From Convolutriloba macropyga (lineage: Eukaryota): a stretch of DNA of 64,000 nt. Shown piece after piece: positions 37,466 through 48,455 of this stretch; position 1 is the first letter of the stretch, and each line of letters starts with the position of its first letter. Below the pieces are notes generated by a model. It made no database searches, was not told where the DNA came from, and saw nothing but the letters and a program-made list of their open reading frames with translations. Made by a program: the position numbers and the translations under genes. The stretch spans positions 38,874,001 through 38,938,000 of the forward strand of contig NC_134479.1 of assembly GCF_964194025.1 (NCBI RefSeq). The letters run 5' to 3'.

Positions 37466-38170
37466 AATTGGAAATTTTTTGCACACAAAAATTTATCTAT
37501 GCTACAGCCACCTCTGAATCAAATTGGCCCGCCTGTCGTTTGAGAGCAACTTTTCCAAAGTTAGTCGGTTTTTGTTCTCGTTATTGTTGCTATACAAAGA
37601 GTGGAGAACTCTGTAATCTTATCGGCAGAACGAAGGCGTTGGTTATGCACGGTAACAGTCTGGTCATTGTCATTCAAAAGCAATATTTGAAGCATCTAGA
37701 CGAATGGTAAACAAAAGATACATTACAATGACATTCGTCGAAATGTTTTTTATTGCGAATTATCATGTTTTTCATTTGGAACGTTTAAATTGTCAATTTT
37801 AGATATATTTTTTAAGTGTGTGCTTTTTCAAACTCTAACGAGAAGAAATGGATATTAAGATATGCTTGTTATCGCCATCAAGAATTTTTGATAATTCGGG
37901 AGGGCGATGTCAATCGGGTCGTTGTGTTTTTATTCAACTCTTGTTGGGATTACAACAGTTGCATAAGTAACACCCCACTGGAGTTGATTAGACTGTCTTT
38001 TTCTGGTTGATCTTCACTCACCATTCTTCAGATACCAACAGTGGCTTGAAAAAAATGACGGAAAAAGATGGTCTAGTCTCATTGGTGGGTTACGTAAATG
38101 TTGTTATCGGAAGGAGAGATTCTAGAACAGACTAGAAACGACTAGAACAGATTCTGTTAAATTTTTTGCT

Positions 38171-38304
38171 GGATCTTCTTCAGTTTGCAAACCCCCCCCC
38201 CCCCGCTCCAGTATGTTATGCAACCCCCAGTTACAGGGCACGTGTCATTGCATAGTCAATCACATGGAACGTGCATCTGAGGGGGAACAAACGGAAAGGA
38301 TTCC
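38171..38304. mobile_element. MITE (GGATC... terminal inverted repeats), copy 1
   Basis: Homologous to 55417-55565; flanked by ttttgct on both sides. Confidence 0.7.
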
Positions 38305-38613
38305 TTTTGCTAAAGGTTGTAAATTAAGAGTATAGAATCGTACTTAACCGACAATTTCTTACGTTTCAGTAAAGAAAACGAAATACAGTTTTTCTGAGAA
38401 CCTGTCTTTCAGATATATTTGTGTTGTGCCGTTACCGGCCGTGTTTGATTGACTTTATTGCGAAACGTGACTTATGAGTGATTTCTACTGATGCTGCCTT
38501 CGCGGAACGGTGCTCAAAAAGTGGCTGAATTTTGATTGCATGTCCGCTACAATTCTACTGCTGAAATTTTACCCAGAATTAATTTGTTTTCACCGAGAAA
38601 ATATCGAAACTTG

Positions 38614-39210
38614 ATGGCAGCTGGAATTCGAAAGAATGCACAAAAACGGCGAAAACGAAGGTCCAAGTCAGTATCGTTTTCAGACTTCAAGGAATCTTCA
38701 TCCAAAAGTTGTGAACAAAAGCAATTGCACACTGAAAGGAAAATGACCAAATGCTATCTTTGTAACGTCGACATTGAAGTTAGTACAAGTGTGTCGCAAA
38801 TCATACGTCATGAAAAAGGCAAACTTCATCAGTCCAAATCGGGAGTAAATGTTCACGAGACATTGTACAAGTGTTATTGTTGTAATAAATTGTTTTCGAA
38901 AACAAACGATTTGATGCGTCATCTCGAATTTGAACCTGATGAAATACTGGATCAAGGCACTTTGCTCTCAAGAAATGACGGTAAAAAGAATCCTAATCGA
39001 ACAAACGATCGCTTGTTGCCCAAAAGTGTTATAGTGGTCAGTGATCGTGAGCCAAAACATAGTAGAATTGATAAAAGGCAACGAAATGAAAGCATATGGT
39101 CAAAGAAGAGTGGTAAAAGTTTTTCGAACAATCAATATTGGAAGCAAGAGCGGTTTGTCCATCCAAATCTGAAAGGTGTGACAAAAAGAAATAGGAGATT
39201 TGGGCACTAA
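38614..39210 (+). CDS. Basic protein with two C2H2-type zinc fingers, the first U1/matrin-like; single exon
   Basis: CYLC-x15-HEKGKLH and CYCCNKLFSKTNDLMRHL, an NLS-like KRRKRR, first in-frame ATG at 38614, AATAAA at ~39327. Confidence 0.6.
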   Translation: MAAGIRKNAQKRRKRRSKSVSFSDFKESSSKSCEQKQLHTERKMTKCYLCNVDIEVSTSVSQIIRHEKGKLHQSKSGVNVHETLYKCYCCNKLFSKTNDLMRHLEFEPDEILDQGTLLSRNDGKKNPNRTNDRLLPKSVIVVSDREPKHSRIDKRQRNESIWSKKSGKSFSNNQYWKQERFVHPNLKGVTKRNRRFGH

Positions 39211-40752
39211 ATTAATTCCCGTTGTTGAAGAGAGCTGAACTGTTAGGATGTCAAGATTTTTGTTTGTTTTGTAATTTTGATGATGCTATTTTTTGTGATG
39301 CTAATCAACACATTTAAATCAAGAACAATAAACGAGAGCATGCTTACGCTCATTAGTGCCTTTTTTTAGTTTTTTAGTGCCTTTTTTGTTGAGTGTGTTA
39401 AAACAGCGAAAACTAAGAAAAGGTATTCAAGATTGATCCAGGGGTGTATTTTCTATAACCTTGATGGCTTGATGTCATCTTTTGTCAATTTTATTGTCTA
39501 TTTTTGTTTGGGTTAATAAGTAGTTAAATAATTTAACCAATTTAATATATTATTCATTTTCAAGTTGGAAGTAGTGTTAATGTTCAAACCCTCCGGGCAG
39601 GCATGTGCGTCGTTGCTGGCATCGCCTATTCCTGCCTTTGGCCTTCATGTTCCACAAGTTGAGCTCACAATGCACTTAGTATGCTCGTTTTTGATGTTAA
39701 AAACGTTCATGAAGCGATATCATTTGCCATATTCGTCGTATACGAGCTAAAATGTTTTTTACTTGCTCTGCAGTCAACTGTGTGTTAATAGAAGCTTTTG
39801 TTCATCAATGACAATGCTCTGCCCAGAAAATGAACCAGATAATTGTGAATGATTTGCTTTCTGAGAGTTTCATCAAAAGAAACTGCTTCTAATTGCTTTA
39901 GGATAATTGGACGAAAACTGTGATAGCAAATAATATTTTCTGACAAGGTTGAGAAACATGTGGCACAGGGTGCTACACGCAGACTGGCACGAGCCGTCTT
40001 GTTATTATTAATTGCTCTTGAACGAAGTGCATAGCAATTATTGTAAACGTGTGTGTGTCTTTTTTTATGCAAAATTTTCAACAATTTTCGAGTGACTTTT
40101 ACGCCCTTGACTTTTTGCGTTTCGCGTGATCTAAAATTCTCTCTCAATCACAATTTCAAGCAGCTGAACTCAATTGGCGGCAATTTAATAGTAAAAGTCA
40201 AATGAAAAGTGCGCCGAAACTGGTGCCATTTTTTACTTTAAATCTTACTAGTGGTATATGTTAACCTCTAATGTGGTTATTTGAAGCCCACTATTCAACT
40301 TCTTAGTCCCATTTAGGCCCCCCCCCCCCCCCGACTGAAGCAGGCTGCGATTGATTAGAGCTCCCACTAGTCGTTTGAGAGCAATTCTTCCGACGTTTAG
40401 TCGGTTATGTTATGAATTTTTCCTTTCAATTAAGTATCACTGTTCTGCACGTCGTTATTGTCCATACAAGAGTGGCAAAGCCAGAACCCATTTGTCAGCA
40501 TAGAAAGCCTCAAAAGAACGTAATTGTCGATCAACAACTTTTTCAATTAGTCTTTCCGTTATTGATTGAAGTAAATCTCTTGCCTTGCTCGATTGGTCTG
40601 AAAGATATATCCTAAAGAGATCAAACTGACTATACTACTTAGCAAATCCTCAGTTGTCCTCATTCAGTCCCCTAAAGTCTTGAAGAAATTGAGAATGAAT
40701 TTTAGTTTCCTCTAATTAAATTGGTCTTCATTTCAGAAAGTATTTGATTTGT

Positions 40753-42204
40753 ATGTTGCGGCAACGTCTGGTTGCTTCCTTGGTCGCTCACAGTTGCGCT
40801 TTGAGGTCACAATTACAATCCTCGAGTCAAAGGCCAAATGTCAGCCAGAATCTACCTGTGACGAGTGTTCAAAAACGAAATGCGAGTCGCTTGGAACCTT
40901 CGTATCATTGCGATTTCGCAATTATCGGTGGCGGGGCCATCGGATCAAGTATCGCCTATCACATAAAAACTCACAAGGCCAACAAAGATTTTGATGTAAT
41001 TGTTTTTGACCGTGATTTGAATTATTCAAGATCGTCGACAGTGCTGAGCGTTGGCTCTATCAGACAACAATTTTCAATACCAGAAAATATTCAGCTTTCT
41101 AAAGATAGCTTTCAGTTTTTGGAAAATGCGAAGAGCAATTTAACAGTTTTCAGCGAAGATCCTGTTGATATTAGCTTTAAAAAATCTGGGTATTTATTTC
41201 TTGCAACTAAAAGTGGAATGGACCGGCTACACCAAAACAATGCAACACAAATTGCGTCAGGAGCAAAGTTAAAACTTTATTCATCAGATTCTCTGAAAGA
41301 AGTGTATCCGTGGATGAACGTTGATGACATTGCGGGAGGCTCCTTGGGAATAGAAAATGAGGGATGGTTTGATCCGTGGAGTTTTCTAAGCGCTCTGAGA
41401 AAGAAAAATGAAAGTATGGGAGTGCAATATGTTCAAGCAAATATTGTTAGTTTTCCTGATATCATCGATAGAGGCGAACAGCTAAATGTCGTTAGAGCCG
41501 CTATCGGCGACCCTGCTTTCCCTTCTGCGTCGCCCCTTTCAGTTATCTACGCTGGCGAGTACGTGAACGCTTGTGGTGCCTGGGCGGGACAATTAGGGCG
41601 TTTGATTGGAATCGGTGGGAAGTCCGAAGATGGTTCTTGTTACGACTTCTTGACAGATGGGTGGCGAATGGATCCCAGAATGCAATTCCCGATTCCCATA
41701 ATGCCGAGAAAACGGTATGTGTACGTTTTTCACTGTCCTAACGGACCCGGAATAAAGTGCCCGATGGTTGTGGACCCGAGCGGGGTTTACTTCCGAAGTG
41801 AAGGTCCGGCCGGGTACTATATCTGCGGAAAATGTCCATCGCCAGAACAAGAGCCAGATACCCATAACTTGGAAGTTGATTACGATTTTTTTGACGAGGA
41901 AATCTGGCCTATTTTAGCTGCCAGAGTTCCAGCATTTGAGAGCTTGAAAGTAACACATGCGTGGGCTGGATTCTACGATTACAATTTTATGGATAGAAAT
42001 GGGATTATAGGTTATCACCCTGTTTTTGATAATTACCTGATTGCTGCTGGATTCAGTGGTCACGGAATTCAAATGTCGCCTGCTGTTGGAAGAGCTGCCG
42101 CTGAACTTCTTTTGAAAGATAAATTTGAGACCTTGGATATGACACGATTTGGCTTTGATAGATTTCTTAGTAATCAGTTGATATATGAGCAGAACGTTGT
42201 CTAA
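40753..42204 (+). CDS. FOXRED1: FAD-dependent oxidoreductase domain-containing protein 1 (complex I assembly factor), single coding exon
   Basis: Arg/Ser-rich presequence, IIGGGAIGSSIAY, STVLSVGSIRQQFSIPENIQLS, GYLFLA, ENEGWFDPW, PRKRYVYVFHCP, WAGFYDYN..D.NGIIGYHP, GFSGHGIQMSPAVG. Confidence 0.95.
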   Translation: MLRQRLVASLVAHSCALRSQLQSSSQRPNVSQNLPVTSVQKRNASRLEPSYHCDFAIIGGGAIGSSIAYHIKTHKANKDFDVIVFDRDLNYSRSSTVLSVGSIRQQFSIPENIQLSKDSFQFLENAKSNLTVFSEDPVDISFKKSGYLFLATKSGMDRLHQNNATQIASGAKLKLYSSDSLKEVYPWMNVDDIAGGSLGIENEGWFDPWSFLSALRKKNESMGVQYVQANIVSFPDIIDRGEQLNVVRAAIGDPAFPSASPLSVIYAGEYVNACGAWAGQLGRLIGIGGKSEDGSCYDFLTDGWRMDPRMQFPIPIMPRKRYVYVFHCPNGPGIKCPMVVDPSGVYFRSEGPAGYYICGKCPSPEQEPDTHNLEVDYDFFDEEIWPILAARVPAFESLKVTHAWAGFYDYNFMDRNGIIGYHPVFDNYLIAAGFSGHGIQMSPAVGRAAAELLLKDKFETLDMTRFGFDRFLSNQLIYEQNVV

Positions 42205-42909
42205 TACCCAAGGAGGAGTCCAAAAAACTTCTTTCAATCTATTTTTCAACCAGAAGTTTGAATGATAATTGTATGTGGGAAAAGATTTGAATTGATGGTA
42301 AATAAAACCAAACATTTGAATGTTGCAATAGCAGTAATAGACAGTGCAATAAACATCAAAAAATGTTCCATTAATGGCATTATCTATGTTCGGGATTAAT
42401 GGGCAATGATTTTCAGGTCATCATACCGCCATCAACTTGTTTTTTCCAAGTTTTAGAATTGAAATAATTTAGTGCATTTTTTGAATAGTTTGACTTATAT
42501 TGATAATTTACCTGACATGAGTATGTCAAAGCTCAGTGAGAAGATGAGTTTGAATCATAGCATTTTGATCAAATTTTAGGTCCCTATTTTTTCGGAAAAT
42601 GACTGGACAGGAGCATCCGTTAGTTCCAGTGTGTTAAGAATGTAAATTTATGTCAGCGTCGGCAAGATAGTGTCAAAAATTTAAGCTGATGAAATCCATT
42701 ATCTTCAGCGCTCCGAGAACATATTTAATGTCACAGAAAGGACGATTGTTGTTCTAATTGATTTGAACCACATGCAAGTTTTGAAATTGAATTGAGATAT
42801 GTTAGTTTGAGTTTGAGATTTCAATGTAATTTTTTGAAAGTGAATACGGACCATAATCCCGTGAGTTCTATATAATTTGAAAATTCTGTTACCATTTCAG
42901 GTCCATGTA

Positions 42910-45900
42910 ATGAGACAGCAGTCTAGTGGTAATGCTATGACATTCACTGCCGGTGGACAAGGAGATGGTGGGGAATCGGATTCTTCTTCCTCTTACGAAG
43001 ACGGATCCAGAGATTCAGACGACGATGGTGTTATTTATGATGACGATGATGATGACGCTGAGGGTTCGGGTTGTGACCACTCAAATTGAACGTAATTAAC
43101 CATAGAGTTCTAGGCTGTCATTTTTTAAATTTTTTTTCAAAATCATACAAAGGTACTCAAGGGGATACACTTAACGGAGGGAAAACTTGAAAAGATATTT
43201 TCTTCAGCTGAAAATCTCTATCCTATGCTATCCATTTTATACAAGAATATTTTCCACTTAGACGTTTTTTTTTTCCTTTTGATTCCTAACTTAATGGCCT
43301 AAATTGATTATAGTGCACATATCTATGGCTGGCATGAAAATGAACTCTGCCACAAAGGGAGAGGGGAGGGTTAGAAACAATTATATTAAACTGCTTACTG
43401 ATGTAAATTGGTTCGTCCAAAAATAATTTACAAATCTTGCAGAAGTATGTAAATCAGAGCACTTATAGATCAAATGATGAAACCAAATTAAATTCTAGGA
43501 TGCGAAAAACTTGTTCGAGTGAAATTGCTAGAATGGGAAACTTTGAATAAACATATGAATATTCTGTCACAAGCCCCTTGTTAACCATATACAGCAGATG
43601 ACAGTGATTCAGAAATTGACGACGATGACGAGGATTCTGCCAATGAGGATGACGTCATAGTGCCTAATATGGACCAGCAGGTCAATGTGGAGTTTGAAGC
43701 ATTCCCGCCATCTGACACTGATTTCCAAGTAGAGCATGTTTTTGTATTAAAGAACACTTCCTTATTCGTATAAACCTGAAGAAAGAAATTGCGACGTTGA
43801 TGGCTGAGAGTGTTTGATCGTTGAGAGTAAATCACAATCATCAGTGGTCGTTTTGATGAATGAGGAGCTTTTAAAAATTTTCTTGTTATTATTAACAGCG
43901 AGCACTCATTCATAAAGTAGAAAAAAGCTAGCTTTTTGGCGATTTAAACGAATACTGAAGTATTGCCATTGATTCATAACAACTTTTGAGTTGCAGTTAT
44001 TCAAGAATATTTAACAGGGAGAACAAAGTGTTTTCAGATTATTCGTTAATTTGGTACATATTTGGAGGTCTGATGATCCTACTAGCGCATGGTTTGAATT
44101 GGAAGATTGAAAAATTATCAAACTGTTGAGTGCTTTATTGTGTTTAGAGTCTTGTGGCTTTATTGGGAAGGCTCTTCTACAAAAGTGAACCCCAAATAGA
44201 TCTGGCTCAGCTAGCGAACTGGATCATAGGTACGTGCTTTGGCGTTCAATCATAAATTTGCGATAAATAGTAAATTATTAATCGCTCTCAAGCGATGTAG
44301 CAATTATATTAGTCCTGCGGGTCTTTTTTAATGCCATTTTTCGTTGTAACAATTTTTCGTCTTTGAGCCTTACGGCTTACCAGTCTCTAAGTAGTTGACT
44401 CATCATAACTATTTAAGAAACTTAATTTCATTTGAAGGAGGGTTCTTCGAGTTTGACCCCCTCTCACGTAGCCCTCCCCCACAACTTCACATATGCCCCT
44501 CTCCTCTACCTCATTCCGCCTATAACCCCGCACGCTCGCCCCCACGCGCGCTCAACACCCTCCCCCTTGCTCACCCATCACACTCAATCAATCTCAAGCT
44601 ATCGTACCGAAGCCGCAAGTATTGCTACTGACGAATCCAAACGCGTGCCATAGTTTGAGAGCAATTTGCCCGCCGTTAGTCAGTTATGGTTTTTATGATA
44701 GATTCTAATAGCAAAGACGACGACTCGTTTTGGTTGTGTCCGTTGCATAGGAAGTGATAACATTGTCAGTTAGAAAAAGTAAAGTGGTTTAACAGATATT
44801 TTGTTGGCAGTCGAATGAAGAAAACAAGTTGTGAGGCTGTTGTTTTCTGAAGATTAAACTTACTCTTAATTTTTCGCAATTTAACATAGACTGCTACTGG
44901 TTTGTATAAACTTTTTACACGCTGCAAATTCTTTGCTACAGATGAGGAAAAAACAATGAACAAAAATACTGAAACTGTGTTATTTTTTTTGAAAAAATAT
45001 TAATTCATATCCTTCAAACAAAATTTTTTTGACGATCACGACGAAAAATGTGGATTAGTTGAAAGCTGGATAGAGTTCCTGTAAGTCTTATTTTGAAAAA
45101 GAATGGTTTGGTATCTGTTTTCCATCAACTTTTTCAAGAAACTGGCAGTGAAAAAGTTCTTTAAATAACTAAGACGAAGGGAGACAAAATTTGTGAACGG
45201 TTTCACGAAAATTAGTTTAACTAATTTCTCAAAAATTAATAGCTTCAAACTTGAAAAGTGCGCACCAAAAGGAAATAAGACCGCATGACAGAAAAGGAAT
45301 AAGACCCGCATGGCAGAAAAGACAAAGCAACTGAGCAATGATTGCCAAACAAGAAAAATACACTTTAACCGAAACAATCCTTGATCCGCTGAGTTGAACA
45401 CAGGCTCAAGAACTAGAAGTTTCCGAAAAATTTAAATTCTCGAAGCTTTTGAGCAAACGCTTAATTTCTTTCTTAATTTGTGAAGTTTAACAAGTTTCTT
45501 TTGCTTTGACAGCGGCCAACCTAATCTTATAGAAGTCCAACTGGTGTTTGAAATAGACGGTGATCGTTTAAAATTGAATTGTTCAATCCTTTAAAATTGA
45601 CGGTGATCGTTCAATCCTTTAAAATTGAATTGAAACGGGAGAAAAAATGTTTATAAAATCGAATTACAAAAATTGAAAAATATAGTTTCAGTTCTAATGT
45701 CATCAAAATCAATTAGACAAACTGGACACCTAGTGAAACTGTTGTTGATCCCCGTAGGAAATTACAGTCAAATAATACAGAAAAGTAAAATGTGACATTT
45801 TTGTTACCATTCTATCAAAAATTTTCTCTGTTTTATGAGATCAATAACTGCGTAAGATCAAACTATAACAAAAACTGCTCTTTCTCAATCCCCGTACTAA

Positions 45901-48146
45901 AATGATGATGGGGAGGTTTTTTATACCTTTTATGATCTCAATAGTGCCTGAGGAACTTATAGGCTTTACAGAATAAATATTTTTTAGTGGTTTTTTAAGA
46001 CTTTGTATTTCACTTCTGATCTCAGATAATCCGGCAGTGTGTTCCAGAACTTGGCACCGACTTGAGACAAATCTCTAACTAAAAACTTGTCAAGTAGCGA
46101 GAACTGTTGTTATTACTGACTTGTTTTGAGCAGACAGTTTTGAACTCCATCCTCTGTTTAACGGGCAACCAGTGCATGCTTTCCAAAAGACTCCTCTACT
46201 TTCCTTGGAAGGATCGAATATTATCCGAGTAGTAGCATTCATGCGTGCCAATTGAACCAAGTATCGAAGAGCGTTGTCAATTGACAGAATGTTGCTTTTT
46301 AAAAACACAGGAAAAACTTGATTGTAAATTTTGAGTGTGCTATGATAATAGGTCACAATTATGTGGGCAGTGTGCTGAAGACGAACAGTGCTGAAGTAGA
46401 TGATGAAGATGATGAATCAGAGAGTGATGACGTCATGGATGAAGATGACACTGTTTATGGAATCACTACTGTAGTCAATCTAAGACAGACTCCGTCTGGT
46501 TAGAGTTGTAATTTCGTTGCAAATAATTTGTCATCGATTCTGTTACGGCCCCGCCTTGCGGATGTTTAAATGGGTCTTTCCCATTATAGCCCCAGCTAGT
46601 TTTTTTTCTCGCTACGAAGTAACGGTCACGTTTTATAAGGCCACAAAGTTTGTCTGGGGGATAATGAACGACACAAGTGCGAGAGAATAGTTCCATAACT
46701 TATTGATTTACTAATGCCTTACAGATCGAAATGCTTGCTTTTTTCTTTGAAAACTGAAATACGCTCATGCAAGCTTTAAAAGACTTGCAATGCCAGATTT
46801 CAGAATTCTCAATACCAAATTTTCCCATATACAGTAGCAGATTTCAAACTTGCGAGCAATGTTACGTGACTCCGGCTTAAGTCACATGAGAATTCTGGCT
46901 TGCATATTGAGCCGAGCCGTGACTCCGCTTGATTTCACTCAGAAGTTCTCGGGTTAATCGGAAACCGCGTAAAGTTTGAGATGTTGATTTTTTAAAGTCG
47001 CGAAATCTTACTTAAAACAGACAACGCGCAAGTTTACAAATACCGAAATTTAATGGAAGTCAACTTCTGGCTGTGTATATCAGAACTTCTGGCATTGCAC
47101 ACTCACGCCATTTTAAAACTTGGATGTGCGTGTTTTGATATGTTTGTGTTTTGTGTAGGCAAAGAGGAGGGTTTTAAGCAGTCCATAATCAACTACATTA
47201 ACCACAAGTGCAACAGTCCTGAAATACAAACAGTCCTCAACAACAGTTCAAAAACAGTCGGCCTTTTAATCACAGAACGCTTTGTCAATATTCCGCCCCT
47301 ATTGGCGCCTCCCATGCTCAAGTGCCTCAGCAAAGAGATCGAATCTGCCAAACAGAAAAAGATGCCCTATAATTTTTCACACCTAATTCTTGTGTCTAAG
47401 AGTTATGACGTATCAAGTCAGGGTCCAAACACCACAGATGGGCTGCCACCTTGTTTGGAGTTCATAAATCCAGAAGATGAAATTTTCCAGGGATATTTTT
47501 GCAAATTTTGTCTATTTTTTGTTTCTTAGTCTGAGGTGCTTTTCGATTTGTCTAGGTCTTCTAAGGTGAACTGTAATTCTTTTTAGCTGTGAATCTGTGA
47601 ACTAAGTTGGACGGCAATATTGGAGTCTTTTGGAGTTATAATTGGGGCCCAGTCTTTTGAAAGGATTTGAATTGTATTGTGGCCCCACCATTGACTAAAA
47701 AGTCATTGTGATCTATGTTTTTAAAGAAAAAATGGTTTGATTTTTTGTGAAACTGTTTTTTGCGAATTTCAAGAGCAATAAACTACGAATAGTTTTCGTA
47801 TTCTGTTTCCTAGGGTTGACGTGTTTTGGAGTATCCTTTTAAACATAATTTGTCTCCAGGTCATAATAAACTTATTTTATTCGCATCATCTGTTCACGCA
47901 AAAACTCTGAAAATATCCCTGTTTATTATACTGCAGCAATATGCTCAATGTGTAGCAAGTTTCCCAGTTCCAGAAGCCGAAGACTTGGTCGGAGGTTCGT
48001 GGGGTCCCAAGGACAAAGCGATGCCCCAGTACCGAACTGTGTGTTTACTGCCCATGGACAAATTCAAAGCTGCCGTTACTCAAATTTCACAGACTTTTAC
48101 TGTTGAAAATATGATGTCACTTTTAAATGCTCAAAATAGTCAGTAA
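42910..48146 (+). CDS. BCCIP: BCCIP/Bcp1 homologue, 6 exons
   Basis: Exons 42910-43063, 43595(or 43598)-43728, 44148-44229, 46352-46498, 47159-47490, 47937-48146. Acidic N-terminus, VNVEFEAF..SDTDF, NYVGSVLK, VYGITTVVNL, VGLLITERFVNIPP.LAPPM, FINPEDEIF, GGSW, RTVCLLP. The last donor is non-canonical (see findings). Confidence 0.88.
45960..46310 (-). mobile_element. Possible LINE 3' fragment in BCCIP intron 3
   Basis: Minus strand reads SQVGAKFWNTLPDYL (~46068-46022), resembling the GxxxWNxLP C-terminal motif of L2/CR1 ORF2. Confidence 0.45.
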
Positions 48147-48455
48147 ATATTAATAAATTTATTCGCAAATAGAAGTATGTGTTTTTGTGTGTTTAAGAAG
48201 AACAGCTTTCTGATTGTTTTTAGAATATTCGAGCTTTCATGTCGATTTTTCATTTAAACAGGGAACAGATTTCTGATAAAATTTATTCTTAGTTTTTGAA
48301 GCTGGAATTTTTTGTTTGTTTGAGAGTGTATTGTTAGTGTAAACGTTCTTCCAGATAAGATGCGATCATTTTTATTAAAATTACGTAAACTGAACTGTCA
48401 CGTAATTGGGATGGTCTTTTGAAACTCAAATACTCTTTCAGATTAATATGTAGTT

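Noticed and set aside
45902-45951. Intronic C/D snoRNA (ATGATGA...CTGA)
   Set aside because: Only ~50 nt, no terminal stem or recognisable guide, and adjacent to a probable LINE remnant.
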